From Vicinamibacteria bacterium (GTDB taxonomy: Bacteria > Acidobacteriota > Vicinamibacteria > Marinacidobacterales > Marinacidobacteraceae): a stretch of DNA of 64,000 nt. Positions 52,591 to 63,974 of this stretch are shown here, piece by piece. The notes below the pieces were generated by a model. The model ran no database searches. It was not told the DNA's origin and saw only the letters and a program-made list of their open reading frames with translations. The DNA is taken from positions 512,001 through 576,000 of the forward strand of contig OZ241322.1 of the NCBI GenBank assembly GCA_965199715.1, read 5' to 3'. A program made the position numbers and the translations under genes. Position 1 is the stretch's first letter. Each line of letters starts with the position of its first letter.

Positions 52591-53426
52591 TGCTCCGCTT
52601 CGCGATCCTGCTGCTCGCTCCGGCGTGCGCCGCGCCCCCGGCGGCCCCGCCCGCCCCCGAGGGGGTCGAGCGGAGCGTCTGGATCGGCCGCGCGAACGGA
52701 GAAGTCCTCTACGCCGAGGCGGCCGACGTTCCCCGCCCCGCCGCCAGCTCCATCAAGGTCTCCTATCTCGTTGAGCTCTTCGCCGAACTCGAGGGCGCGC
52801 TGGACCGGCCGGTTCCCGGCGCCGCGGCGATCGTGGGGGACCCGGCGCATCCGGCGATCGCGCACTTCGATCCCGAGACGCAGGCCGAGATCCGGGACGC
52901 GCTCGAAACCGCCGACGTCCGGACCGTGGGCCGGCGCATGATCCGGGGGACCGGCGTCTCGAACGCCGTGTACAACGCCGCGGCGAACCTGACCACGGCG
53001 TTCCTCGGGGGGCCGGCGGCGCTCACCGAGCGCATCCACGCCCGCCACCCCGACTTCGCCGGAATCCGCTCTCGCCGCTACATGCTCGCGGCGCGGAACG
53101 TCACCGGCGACAACACGGCGACCGCCGAGTCGCTCGCGGCCGTGCTCGCCGCAATCGCCCGCGACGACTTCCCGGGCGCGTCCGAGCTGCGGGAGGTCCT
53201 GTTCCTCGAGGACACGCCCCGGGGGCGGCACTTCTACAAGGGCGGCTCGCTGAACAGCCTCCCGGTGACGCGGGTGCTCTCCGGATTCTTCGAGCGGGCC
53301 GGGGAACGGGCGGGCGCGCAGCTCGTCTATGCATTCATGGGCGAGATCGCAGAGGTCCCAGATCCGGGTGCGGCCGGGGCCGCGCTCCAGCGGCATCTCG
53401 AAGAGCTGGCCGAGGCGCTTCCGTGA
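52590..53426 (+). CDS. Class A beta-lactamase-like serine hydrolase, lipoprotein
   Basis: AASSIK (SxxK), N.AAN, YKGGS; signal with Cys. Confidence 0.7.
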   Translation: MLRFAILLLAPACAAPPAAPPAPEGVERSVWIGRANGEVLYAEAADVPRPAASSIKVSYLVELFAELEGALDRPVPGAAAIVGDPAHPAIAHFDPETQAEIRDALETADVRTVGRRMIRGTGVSNAVYNAAANLTTAFLGGPAALTERIHARHPDFAGIRSRRYMLAARNVTGDNTATAESLAAVLAAIARDDFPGASELREVLFLEDTPRGRHFYKGGSLNSLPVTRVLSGFFERAGERAGAQLVYAFMGEIAEVPDPGAAGAALQRHLEELAEALP

Positions 53427-54643
53427 CGCTGCTGCTCGTTCTCGCGCTCCTCCCCGCGGGCGAGGACTGGCCGCAGTGGCGGGGGCCGGCGCGCGACGGC
53501 GTGTCGAACGAGACGGGCCTTCTGGAAGCGTGGCCCGAGGGCGGGCCGCGCCTCGACTTTCGCGCGGACGGACTCGGCGAGGGGTACTCCTCGATCGCGG
53601 TCGCCGACGGGCGCATCCACACGCTGGGAATGCTGTCGGGGCGCGAGTGGGTCTTCGCGCTCGACGAGGAGACCGGCGCGACGCTGTGGTCCACCCCGCA
53701 CGCCGACGAGTTCAACGACTGGCGCGGCGACGGCCCGCGCAGCGTCCCCACGGTCGCGCACGGCCGCGTCCACGCGCTCGGCGCGAGCGGGCGCCTCAGC
53801 GTGCTCGAGGCCGCGACCGGGCAACTCGTGTGGAGCCGCAACCTGCTCGACGACTTCGGGGCGCGCAACATCAGTTGGGGGATCAGCGAGTCGCCGCTCG
53901 TGCTCGACGACCGCATCCTCGTCTCGCCGGGCGCGCGGCGCGCCGGGTTCGCGGCGCTCGACCGCCGCACCGGCGAGACGCTGTGGACCGCCGCCGGCGA
54001 CGAGGCCGGCTACGCCTCGCCGATCCCGGTGGACCTCGAGGGGGCTCCGCACGTCGCGTTCTTCAGCGGCGAGCGGGCGGTCGGGATCCGGGCGAGTGAC
54101 GGCGAGATCCTGTGGAGCTACGACCGCGCCTCGAACGGGACCGCGAACATCGCGACCCCGATCCTGGTCTCGAACGCGGGCGGGACGGCGCGCCTGTTCG
54201 TGACCTCCGACTACGGCGCCGGCGGCGGACTGATCGAGCTGCGGGCCGGCCCGGACGGCTCGGTCGCGGCCTCCGAGCTCTGGTTCACCCGGAACCTGCG
54301 GGCGCACCACGCGACCCCTATCCTGCATGACGGGACGCTGTACGGCTTCTCCGGCTCGATCCTGACCGCGCTCGGCGCCGGCGACGGCGAAATCCGCTGG
54401 CGCGACCGCGGCTTCCCCAAGGGAGCGCTCGCGTTCGCCGACGGGCGGTTCTTCCTGGTGAGCGAGCGCGGCGACGTGGCGCTGATGGAGCCGTCGAGGT
54501 CCGGCTACGTCGAGCGCGGGCGGTTCCGGTTCCCCGAAGCGGACCGGTCGCGCCGGGACTTGTGGTCGCACCCGGTCGTCGCGAACGGACGGCTCTACGT
54601 CCGGGACCAGGACGCGCTGCTCGGCTGGAGCGTGCGACGATGA
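53423..54643 (+). CDS. PQQ-like beta-propeller repeat protein (BamB-like)
   Basis: DWPQWRGP.RDG, GYSS..V, ALD..TG..LW repeats, W.HPVVANGRLYVR. Confidence 0.88.
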   Translation: MTLLLVLALLPAGEDWPQWRGPARDGVSNETGLLEAWPEGGPRLDFRADGLGEGYSSIAVADGRIHTLGMLSGREWVFALDEETGATLWSTPHADEFNDWRGDGPRSVPTVAHGRVHALGASGRLSVLEAATGQLVWSRNLLDDFGARNISWGISESPLVLDDRILVSPGARRAGFAALDRRTGETLWTAAGDEAGYASPIPVDLEGAPHVAFFSGERAVGIRASDGEILWSYDRASNGTANIATPILVSNAGGTARLFVTSDYGAGGGLIELRAGPDGSVAASELWFTRNLRAHHATPILHDGTLYGFSGSILTALGAGDGEIRWRDRGFPKGALAFADGRFFLVSERGDVALMEPSRSGYVERGRFRFPEADRSRRDLWSHPVVANGRLYVRDQDALLGWSVRR

Positions 54644-54663
54644 GGGGTCCGTAGGATTCGCGG

Positions 54664-55401
54664 GTGGCCCAGTACGACCGCATCGCGAGCGCGTACCGGG
54701 AGTCCAAGCGCCTGCGGTTCCGGACTGCGATCGAGCGGTTCACGCTCTTCGAGACTCTCGGCGACGTCCGCGGGCGGACCGTGCTGGATCTCGCGTGCGG
54801 CGAGGGCCACTACGCCCGCCTGCTCCTGCGGGCGGGCGCGACGGCGGTCACCGGCGTGGATGTCTCGCCGGGGATGATCGCGCTGGCGAAGGCCGAGGAG
54901 CGCCGGGAGCCGCTCGGCGCGCGGTACGTGCGCGCCGGCGCGGCGGACTACCGGGCGGACGAACCGGCGGACTTCGTGATCGCGATGTTCCTGCTCTCCT
55001 ACGCCGGGACGAAGGAGAAGCTCGTCCGATTCCTGGAGGCGTGCCACGACTCCCTCAAGCCGGGCGGTCGGCTGGTCGGCTTCAACGACAACGTCCTCCG
55101 GCCGCCGAGCGGAACCGAGTCGCGGCGCAAGTACGGGTTCGAGCGGACCGGTCCGGCGGTCGCGATGGCGGGCTCCCCGATCCGCTACCGCTTCTACGCC
55201 GCGGACGGGAGCTTCTTCGAATTCGAGAACGTCTTCCTGCCGCCGGCGACATGGAAGGAGGCGTTCGAGGAGGCCGGGTTCCCCGATCTCCGGTGGCCTA
55301 TCGTGCGCCTTGATCCCGAGGAGCGCGGCGACCCGTTCTGGGACGACTTCCTGGCCAACCCGCCGATCATCGGCTTCACGGCCTCCCGACCGGCGATCTG
55401 A
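54664..55401 (+). CDS. Class I SAM-dependent methyltransferase, ToxA-like (copy 1)
   Basis: YD.IA..Y..SK.L.FR..IE, VLDLACGEG, GVDVS..MI, LKPGG, EAGF. Confidence 0.85.
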   Translation: MAQYDRIASAYRESKRLRFRTAIERFTLFETLGDVRGRTVLDLACGEGHYARLLLRAGATAVTGVDVSPGMIALAKAEERREPLGARYVRAGAADYRADEPADFVIAMFLLSYAGTKEKLVRFLEACHDSLKPGGRLVGFNDNVLRPPSGTESRRKYGFERTGPAVAMAGSPIRYRFYAADGSFFEFENVFLPPATWKEAFEEAGFPDLRWPIVRLDPEERGDPFWDDFLANPPIIGFTASRPAI

Positions 55402-55427
55402 GAGGCGCCGGGCCTTACGATTGGCCT

Positions 55428-56171
55428 GTGGCGCACTACGACAGCATCGCGATGGCCTACCGGGACTCCAAGCGCCTGCCGTTCCGGGACGCCATCGAAC
55501 GGCACACGCTCTTCCGGTTGCTCGGGGACGTCCGCGGGCGGACCGTGCTCGACCTCGCGTGCGGCGAGGGGCACTACGCCCGCCAGATCAAGAAGGCCGG
55601 CGCGGCGGCGGTCACCGGCGTGGACGTATCCCCGGCGATGATCGTGCTGGCGCGGGCGCAGGACCGGCTGACGCGGCTGGACGTGCGCTACGCCGTGTCG
55701 GACGCGGCGGACTACCGACCGGACGAACCGGTGGATCTGGTCGTGGCGATGTACCTCCTGTCCTACGCGAAGACGCAGGGGAGGCTTCTGCGCTTCCTCA
55801 AGGCGTGCCACCGCGCCCTGAAGCCGGGCGGCAAGCTCGTCGGCTTCGTGGACAACGTCTTCGATCCGCCGGGAAGCGGGGAGACCCACAGGTGGCGGAG
55901 GCACGGTTTCGACAAGATCGGGCCGGCGGAACTGAAACCGGGGGCGCCCGTCCTCTACCGGTTCTACCCCCAGGGCGGCGAGCCGTTCGAGTTCACGAAC
56001 ATCTACTACCCGCCGCCGACGTGGGAGGAGGCGTTCCGGCGGGCCGGCTTCCCGGACCTCCGCTGGCCGATCCTCAAGCTGGAGCCCAAGGCGCGCGGCA
56101 ACCCGCTGTTCGCCCAGTTCATGGCGAGGCCACCGGTCATCGCCTTCACGGCCACCCGCCCCACCGCCTGA
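55428..56171 (+). CDS. Class I SAM-dependent methyltransferase, ToxA-like (copy 2)
   Basis: Collinear paralog of 54664-55401 with the same motifs. Confidence 0.85.
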   Translation: MAHYDSIAMAYRDSKRLPFRDAIERHTLFRLLGDVRGRTVLDLACGEGHYARQIKKAGAAAVTGVDVSPAMIVLARAQDRLTRLDVRYAVSDAADYRPDEPVDLVVAMYLLSYAKTQGRLLRFLKACHRALKPGGKLVGFVDNVFDPPGSGETHRWRRHGFDKIGPAELKPGAPVLYRFYPQGGEPFEFTNIYYPPPTWEEAFRRAGFPDLRWPILKLEPKARGNPLFAQFMARPPVIAFTATRPTA

Positions 56172-56718
56172 CGCGGCCTGCGGGAATTCCCTTCGCCGGG
56201 GAACTTTCTTGCATTTCGCATCGTTATTGTGTACCGGGCACTATTCGATTCGGCGATCGTTTCGCGAGGGAGGAAGCAGCGCATGGGGTACCAACAGTTC
56301 GAATCCAACGAGGATTGGTTCCAGTGGCTCGGGGAGTGCTGCTTCGGGGGTCCGGAGCGGAAGCCTCGACCCGCCGCCGGGACCATCGGGAACGTCCGCG
56401 GTTGGATCCGGGTGAGCTTGCCCCGCTTTCGTGGACAGTTGACTATTTTGGATCCGCGGCGTGACGCGAGCTTCGTTCCCGCCGCCGGGCCGTGTTCCCG
56501 AGAGCCGGCCCCGCTGACGTGGACGGCTTCGAGAGCGAGGTCACACTCGGCGGCGCGGGCGGCCCCGAGACCGGAACCGACCGCCCGGATCGGCGAGGTT
56601 GCGTCTCCCCGCCAACCGCGCCTCGGCCCGAAGCGCCGCGCCCGCACCCCGCCAGGGGTGCGGCGCGCAGGGCCGAGGCCCGTCGCCCGCTCGTCCCGCG
56701 GCTGCGCTCCCGACCCGC

Positions 56719-57567
56719 TCATGCCGGCCCCCCGAAGCGCCGCTCGCACTCCATCGGCGACTCGTACCCCAGCGCCGAGCGCCGACGCCGCGGGTCGCGC
56801 CACCCCTCGATGAACGCGAACGCCTCACGCCGCGCCGCCTCCGGGTCCGCCAGCGGAACCACCTCCAGCAGCTCGCACTCCAGCGTCGCGAAGAACGACT
56901 CCGCCATCGCGTTGTCGTAGCAGTCCCCCGCCGACCCCATCGACGGACGCACCCCCGCCCGCCGGCACAACGCCCCGAACGCCGCCGACGCGCACTGGCT
57001 CCCCTGGTCCGAGTGGCGGACCGCTTCCGTGGGACGCCGCCGCGCTGCCGCCATCTCCAGCGCGTCCAGCACCAGCGACGAGAACAGCCGCAGCCTCATC
57101 GCCCGGCCCACCACCCGCCGGCTGAAGGCGTCCACCACCGCCGCCAGGCACATCGTCCCTCTCCCCGTAGGGACATACGTCACGTCCGCCACCCACGGCC
57201 GGTTCGGCCCCTCCGCCCGGAAGTCCCGGTCCACGAGGTCCGGCGCCGGACGAGCCGCCGCCCCCCGCACCGTCGTGATCTCCCGCTTCCGCCGCGACGC
57301 GCCCCGAAGCCCCAGCGCCCGCATCAGCCGCGCCGCCCGCTTCCGACTCGCCCGCTCCCCCCGCGCCTGAAGCTCCGCGTGGACTCGCGGCGCCCCGTAC
57401 GCCTCCCGGTTGTCCCGTTGGATCGCGCCGATCTCCTCCTTCAACGCCGCGTCCCCGAGCGCCCGCGCCGACGGCTCCCGGTCCAGCGAGGCGTGGAACC
57501 CGCTGCGGGAGACCTCCAGCACGCGGGCCGTCGTCGCGGTCGGATACACGGCCTGGCGCGCCTTCAT
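56719..57567 (-). CDS. IS3 transposase OrfB (DDE integrase core), heavily substituted
   Basis: YGAPRV, WVADVTY, DAFSRR, HSDQGSQ, DNAMAESFF. Confidence 0.88.
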   Translation of the reverse strand: MKARQAVYPTATTARVLEVSRSGFHASLDREPSARALGDAALKEEIGAIQRDNREAYGAPRVHAELQARGERASRKRAARLMRALGLRGASRRKREITTVRGAAARPAPDLVDRDFRAEGPNRPWVADVTYVPTGRGTMCLAAVVDAFSRRVVGRAMRLRLFSSLVLDALEMAAARRRPTEAVRHSDQGSQCASAAFGALCRRAGVRPSMGSAGDCYDNAMAESFFATLECELLEVVPLADPEAARREAFAFIEGWRDPRRRRSALGYESPMECERRFGGPA

Positions 57568-57872
57568 GAACCTCCATCCTCGGAGATGGTCTCCCGGGCG
57601 AACCAGGCCGCGGCTTTTTTCAGGATCTCCAGCTCCAGCGCCTGCTGGGCGACCTTCCGGCGCAGGGCGCGGTTCTCCTCGCGCTCCGCCCGCGTCCAGC
57701 CCGCGGCGTCGCGGCCCTCAGCCGCGTCCGCCGCCCGCACCCAGTCGCGGATGGTCCCCGCCGTCGGCTCGAACTCCCGCGCCAGAGCCTCCGGACTCCG
57801 GCCCGAACGCGCCAGCTCCACCAGCCGCGCCCGGTGCTCCGCCGCGTACCGCGGCCGCTTCTTCGTGCTCAT
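57564..57872 (-). CDS. IS3 transposase OrfA (HTH) with A6G -1 frameshift site
   Basis: RY..E.R...VEL..SG, EILKKAAAWFA; GAAAAAAG on minus strand at 57614-57621; GGAGGAG RBS. Confidence 0.88.
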   Translation of the reverse strand: MSTKKRPRYAAEHRARLVELARSGRSPEALAREFEPTAGTIRDWVRAADAAEGRDAAGWTRAEREENRALRRKVAQQALELEILKKAAAWFARETISEDGGS

Positions 57873-58062
57873 CGGGGACTCCTCCTCCAAAGAAGTTAGG
57901 CGTCCACGAAACCGGGGCAACTCCAGTGGGGTAAAGAAGGGCCCTCAGGGCGTGCCGGGGAAGACTCCAAGCGTCGCGGCGACGATCCTCAAATAGAGAG
58001 TCCTCGTCGCCCCGGGCTGAGCCGTCTTGTCCCCTGCCCGACCCTCGGCTACTGTCGCCGGC

Positions 58063-59284
<1,222 letters not shown>

Positions 59285-59304
<20 letters not shown>

Positions 59305-60004
59305 CGGCCTCCTCCCCGAGCGCCCGCTCGCCGACGCGGCCAAGCCAGCGAACCAGCGGGATCGTCGCCGCGATCCCGACGATCGTCAGCGCCCCCGAGA
59401 GCGTCGCGCCGCCGCGGGCCATCTCGACCCCGGCCCGTCCGGCGGCCCCGAGATGCGCGAACAGCAGCGCCCCCGGCCCGACGCCGAGCGCGGTTCCGAG
59501 CACGTAGTCGCGGACGCGCACCCGGGTGAACGCCCAGCCGAAGTTCTGCACCGCGAACGGGAACACCGGCGAGAGCCGGGCGAGGAACACCGTTCCCGGC
59601 CCGGCCGAGCCAAACGCCCGGGAGAGCGCCTCGAACCGGGGGAACCGGCGGAGCAGCCAGCGGCGCAGTCGCCCGAGGAGCAGCCGCCCGAGCGCGAAGG
59701 CGATGAGCGCCCCGACTCCGTTCCCGATCCACGCCGCCGCGAGGCCCTTCGAGAAGCCGAAGAGATAGCCCGCCGCGACGCAAAACGGCGAGCTCGGCAG
59801 CGCGAACCCCACCGCGATCGCCATGACCAGCGCGAAGGCGGGCAGGCTCTTCGGCGCCCATTCGAGCACCGAGCCCCCGTCGGCGTCGCCGCGCACAAGC
59901 AGCGGCAGCGCGACCGCGTTCAGGCAGAACAGCAGCAGCAGCCAGAAGCGCCAGTCGCGCAAGCGCCCGCTCGACGCGAGACGCTCAGAACCGACGGGAG
60001 GCAT
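59285..60004 (-). CDS. TVP38/TMEM64 (VTT/DedA) family membrane protein
   Basis: P......[27 protein letters not shown]. Confidence 0.85.
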
Positions 60005-61463
60005 CGCGGGGCCAGCGCTCCACCACCACCTTGGTCTGGGTGTAGAATTCCACCGCGTGCGCGCCTTGGGCGTGCAGGTCGCCGAAGAAGCTGCCGCGCC
60101 AGCCGCTGAACGGGAAGAACGCCATCGGCGCCGCCACCCCGACGTTGATCCCGACGTTGCCGGTGAGCACTTCGCGCCGGAACCGCCGGGCGGTGCGGCC
60201 GTCGCCGGTGAACACGGAAGCCATGTTCCCGTAGTCGCCGCCGTTCACGAAGCGGATCGCCTCCTCCACGTCCGGCGCGCGGATCACGCCGAGCACCGGG
60301 CCGAAAATTTCGGTCCCGGCCACGTCGCCGTCGGGGGACAGGTCGTCCAGCACCGTGGGGCCGACGAAGTACCCCCGCAGGCCCTCGACCCGGAAGCCGC
60401 GCCCGTCCACGGCCGCCTCGGCCCCCTCGCCTTCCACGGCCGCGCCGATCAGCGACTCGATCCGGTCCCGGCTCTCGCCCCGGATCACCGGCCCCATGTC
60501 CACCGAGTCGTCGAGACCGGAACCCACCACGCGGGTGCGGGCGGCCTCGGCGATCGCGTCGCGGAAGGGCTCGTGGGCGTCCCCGACCGTCACCGCCAGC
60601 GAGGCGGCGAGGCAACGCTGGCCGGCGCAGCCGAAGGCGCTGTCCGCCACCGCGCTCACGACCGAATCCACCTCGGCGTCGGGAAGGATCACCACCGGAT
60701 TCTTGGCGCCGCCCTGGCACTGGACCCGCTTCCCGTTCGCCGCGGCCCGCGCATAGACGGCGCGCGCCACGTCGGAGGAGCCGACGAAGCTGACCGCCGC
60801 CACGTCGGGATGGTCGAGCAGCGACTCCACGGCCGCCCGCCCGCCGTGCACGAGCTGCACCACCCCCCGGGGCAGATCCGCCTCCTCGAGCAGCCGCGCG
60901 ACGAACTCCATCGTGAGCGGGGTTTTCTCGGAAGGCTTGAGCACGACCGCGTTCCCGCAGGCCACCGCGTACGGCAGGAACCAGAACGGGATCATCGCCG
61001 GGAAGTTGAACGGCGCGATCACCGCCACGACGCCCACCGGCTGGCGCACCATGAACTCATCGATCCCGCGGGCGACGTCCTCGAGCATGCGCCCTTGCAT
61101 CAGCGTCGGGATCCCGCAGGCCACCTCCACGTTCTCGACGGCGCGGCGCACCTCGCCCCGGGACTCGGCGAGGGTCTTTCCGCACTCGCGGGTCACCAGG
61201 CGCGCGATCTCCTCGAAGTCCCGCTCGAGGAGCGCCTTGAGTCGGAACAGCGGCTGCACCCGGTCGGTCGGGGGCGCGTCCCGCCATGCGGGGAGCGCGG
61301 CGGAAGCGGCCTCGACCGCCCGCCCCACGTCCTCGGGACCGCCGAGCGGCGTGCGGGCGAGCAGGCGCCCGGTGGCGGGATCCCGGACGTCGAGGGCGTC
61401 GGTGGCCGCGGACGGCGTCCAGCCTCCGGAGATGTAGTTGCGAAGCGTCCGAATCCGGGACAT
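59985..61463 (-). CDS. mmsA: CoA-acylating methylmalonate-semialdehyde dehydrogenase
   Basis: [47 protein letters not shown]. Confidence 0.93.
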   Translation of the reverse strand: MSRIRTLRNYISGGWTPSAATDALDVRDPATGRLLARTPLGGPEDVGRAVEAASAALPAWRDAPPTDRVQPLFRLKALLERDFEEIARLVTRECGKTLAESRGEVRRAVENVEVACGIPTLMQGRMLEDVARGIDEFMVRQPVGVVAVIAPFNFPAMIPFWFLPYAVACGNAVVLKPSEKTPLTMEFVARLLEEADLPRGVVQLVHGGRAAVESLLDHPDVAAVSFVGSSDVARAVYARAAANGKRVQCQGGAKNPVVILPDAEVDSVVSAVADSAFGCAGQRCLAASLAVTVGDAHEPFRDAIAEAARTRVVGSGLDDSVDMGPVIRGESRDRIESLIGAAVEGEGAEAAVDGRGFRVEGLRGYFVGPTVLDDLSPDGDVAGTEIFGPVLGVIRAPDVEEAIRFVNGGDYGNMASVFTGDGRTARRFRREVLTGNVGINVGVAAPMAFFPFSGWRGSFFGDLHAQGAHAVEFYTQTKVVVERWPRDASRRF

Positions 61464-61489
61464 GGGCCACGCATAGGATACGCGGCGGC

Positions 61490-63745
61490 ATGACTTTCTT
61501 GCTCCTCGCCCTCGCGTCCGCGTCGGCTCCCGAGGTCGGCTTGCTGCCCCAAGGCGCCGACGCTCCGATCGTGGACGGGATCGTGGACGACGCCGCTTGG
61601 GCGGGGCTGGATCCGTTCACCGGCTTCATCCAGCAGGAGCCGGACAACGGGGCGCCGGCGACCGAGCGCACCGAGGTGCGGCTGCTGCTGTCCGAGACCG
61701 CGCTCTACGTCGGGATCATCGCGTTCGACCGCGATCCCGACGGCGTGCTGGTCTCCGAGAGCCGGCGCGACGGAGACCTGAACGAATCGGACTCGGTGCA
61801 GATTGTCCTCGACACGTTCAACGACAGCCAGAACGGGTTCCTCTTCGGCACGAATCCCGAGGGGATCGAGTACGACGGCCAGATCGCCGGCGAGGGCGCC
61901 ACCGGCGGCTACAACCCGAGACCCGGGCAACGCGGCTCGCAGCGCGGCGGGGTCACCGGTTTCAACGCGAACTGGGACGGCGACTGGACCGTGCGGTCGA
62001 GGACCACGGCCCGCGGCTGGGAGACCGAGTTCGCGATCCCGCTGCGGACGCTGCGGTACCAGCCGGGAGACGAGCGCACCTGGGGCCTGAACGTGATGCG
62101 GAACATCCGGCGCAAGAACGAGCAGTCGTTCCTCGCGCCGATCCCCCGCGGCTCGAACATCTACCGCGTCTCGCTCGCCCGGAGGGTCCACGGCCTGCGG
62201 CTGCCGGGCCGGCGCGACGTCAAGGTGACCCCGTTCGCGCTCGGCGACGCGACCCGGAACGCGCTCGCGGTCAGCGAGGAAGCCCGCTCCAACGAGGGGT
62301 TCGACGCGGGGCTCGACGTCAAGTGGGGAGTCACCCCCAACCTGACGATCGATCTCACCGCGAACACCGACTTCGCTCAGGTGGAGGCCGACGACCAGCA
62401 GGTCAACCTGACCCGGTTCCCGCTCTTCTTCCCCGAGAAGCGGCCGTTCTTCCTCGAGAACGCCTCGACCTTCCAGTTCGGGGCGCCGCAGGAGGTGGAC
62501 CTCTTCTTCAGCCGGCGCATCGGGCTGAACGCCGGGCAGGCGGTCCCGATCCTCGGCGGCGCCCGGCTGTCCGGGAAGATGGGCGCGTTCAACATCGGCC
62601 TGATGAACATGCAGACCGGCGCCGCGTTCGACGCCGAGACCGGCGCGCTCTCGCTCGCCGCGAACAACTACGGGGTGGCGCGGATCCAGCGCGAGGTGGG
62701 CCGCTCCAACTTCGGCGGCATCCTCGTGAACCGGCAGGCGAACGGCGACTGGGCCGAGGGGGACGACTGGAACCGGGCGTTCGGGGCGGATGCGGCGATC
62801 CAGTTGGCCGAGAACACCCGCTTCTTCAGCTTCCTCGCGAAGACCAGCTCGCCGGGCGCAACCGACGGCGGCGATGTCGCCGGGCGGGCGTTCCTGAACC
62901 ACATCGGACCGCTCCACCAGGGCCACGTCGGGTTCACGCAGGTCGGCGAAAACTTCAATCCCGAGGTCGGCTTCGTGCCGCGCCGGGGCTATCGGAAGTA
63001 CCAGTGGCGCTATTTCCTCGACTACCAGCCCACGGGGATCGAGGCCCTGTCGTGGTTGCGGCGGTACTCCCCGCACGTCACCTGGAACGCCTTCTACGAC
63101 TTCGACGGCCAGATCCAGTCAGGGCGCGGACACTTCCACTTCATCGAGTTCCAGCCCAACTCGGGAGGGCGCTTCGGGTACTGGTTCGACACCATGGTGG
63201 ACGCGCCGACCCGGAACTTCCCCGTGTTCTCCGGCGCGGACGGGAACGAGGTGGTCATCGCGCCGGGCGAGCACCGCTGGCTCGTCCACAACGTGAACTA
63301 CATCGGCAACGCGAGCGCCCGCTTCTACCCGACGATCTACTGCCAGACCGGCGGGTTCTACGACGGGAACCAGCGGGGCTGCAACGTGAGCGTGAACGGC
63401 CGCGTGGGCGCCGTTTTCCAAGCGAGCGTCGGCTGGCGCCGGGACGTCGTCGAACTCCCCCACGGCGAGTTCACGAGCGACCTCGTGCCGATCCGGCTGA
63501 ACTACTCGTTCACGCCGCTGCGCCGGCTCGAGGCGCTCATCCAGTACAACAGCCAGACGGCCTCGGTCTCGTCGAACGTCCGCCTCGTGATGCTCGACCG
63601 GAGCGGAACGGGCCTGTTCCTCGTGTACAACGACATCCGGAACACGGCCTCGTTCGACCGGTTCGACTACGAGACGGGCTTGGAGTATCCGAACGTGCTC
63701 GGGCGCTCGTTCATCGTCAAGTACACCCGGCTGTTCGACTTCTGA
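61490..63745 (+). CDS. DUF5916 / CBM9-like outer-membrane beta-barrel protein
   Basis: [44 protein letters not shown]. Confidence 0.85.
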   Translation: MTFLLLALASASAPEVGLLPQGADAPIVDGIVDDAAWAGLDPFTGFIQQEPDNGAPATERTEVRLLLSETALYVGIIAFDRDPDGVLVSESRRDGDLNESDSVQIVLDTFNDSQNGFLFGTNPEGIEYDGQIAGEGATGGYNPRPGQRGSQRGGVTGFNANWDGDWTVRSRTTARGWETEFAIPLRTLRYQPGDERTWGLNVMRNIRRKNEQSFLAPIPRGSNIYRVSLARRVHGLRLPGRRDVKVTPFALGDATRNALAVSEEARSNEGFDAGLDVKWGVTPNLTIDLTANTDFAQVEADDQQVNLTRFPLFFPEKRPFFLENASTFQFGAPQEVDLFFSRRIGLNAGQAVPILGGARLSGKMGAFNIGLMNMQTGAAFDAETGALSLAANNYGVARIQREVGRSNFGGILVNRQANGDWAEGDDWNRAFGADAAIQLAENTRFFSFLAKTSSPGATDGGDVAGRAFLNHIGPLHQGHVGFTQVGENFNPEVGFVPRRGYRKYQWRYFLDYQPTGIEALSWLRRYSPHVTWNAFYDFDGQIQSGRGHFHFIEFQPNSGGRFGYWFDTMVDAPTRNFPVFSGADGNEVVIAPGEHRWLVHNVNYIGNASARFYPTIYCQTGGFYDGNQRGCNVSVNGRVGAVFQASVGWRRDVVELPHGEFTSDLVPIRLNYSFTPLRRLEALIQYNSQTASVSSNVRLVMLDRSGTGLFLVYNDIRNTASFDRFDYETGLEYPNVLGRSFIVKYTRLFDF

Positions 63746-63749
63746 GCCG

Positions 63750-63974
63750 TCAGGATCCCGAGGGGATCCGGTCGAGCACTTCCGCGTGCTCCGGGAACCG
63801 GCTCGTCTCGTACTTCGAGTAGATGAGCTCGCCGTCGAGCTTGACGTCGAAGATCCCCTTCGAGCCCTCGATCAGCTCCGACTCGAGGCCGCGCCCTTCC
63901 TTGATGGCGGCCGCCAGACCGGCGGCCTGCGGAAGGTAGTTTCAAACGACGCAGTAGGTGATGGAAACCCGCAC
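63750..63974 (-). CDS. SelT/SelW/SelH (Rdx family) selenoprotein, 74 aa, Sec at codon 11
   Basis: MRVSITYCVVUNYLPQAAGLAAAIKEGRGLESELIEGSKGIFDVKLDGELIYSKYETSRFPEHAEVLDRIPSGS; TGA at 63942-63944; AAGGAGG RBS; Rdx motifs G.FDV..DG..IYSK...RFP. Confidence 0.9.
63909..63927 (-). promoter_or_regulatory. Bacterial SECIS hairpin
   Basis: GGCCGCC-GGTCT-GGCGGCC beginning 15 nt after the UGA, with G-starting apical loop. Confidence 0.75.

Larger units (their letters stand above)
56413..57925 (-). mobile_element. IS3 family insertion sequence (degenerate)
   Basis: Terminal IRs TGAGCTTGCCCCGCTTTCGTGGACA / TGGAGTTGCCCCGGTTTCGTGGACG (20/25 match, TG..CA ends); orfA/orfB organisation. Confidence 0.92.

Noticed and set aside
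50364-53426. 1020-aa ORF and many other long Arg/Pro/Gly-rich ORFs
   Set aside because: Shadow frames of real genes in high-GC DNA; only 52590-53426 is coding here.
54664-56412. RiPP or toxoflavin biosynthetic cluster
   Set aside because: No other tox genes, maturases or transporter; the small ORF lacks a recognisable leader/core pattern.
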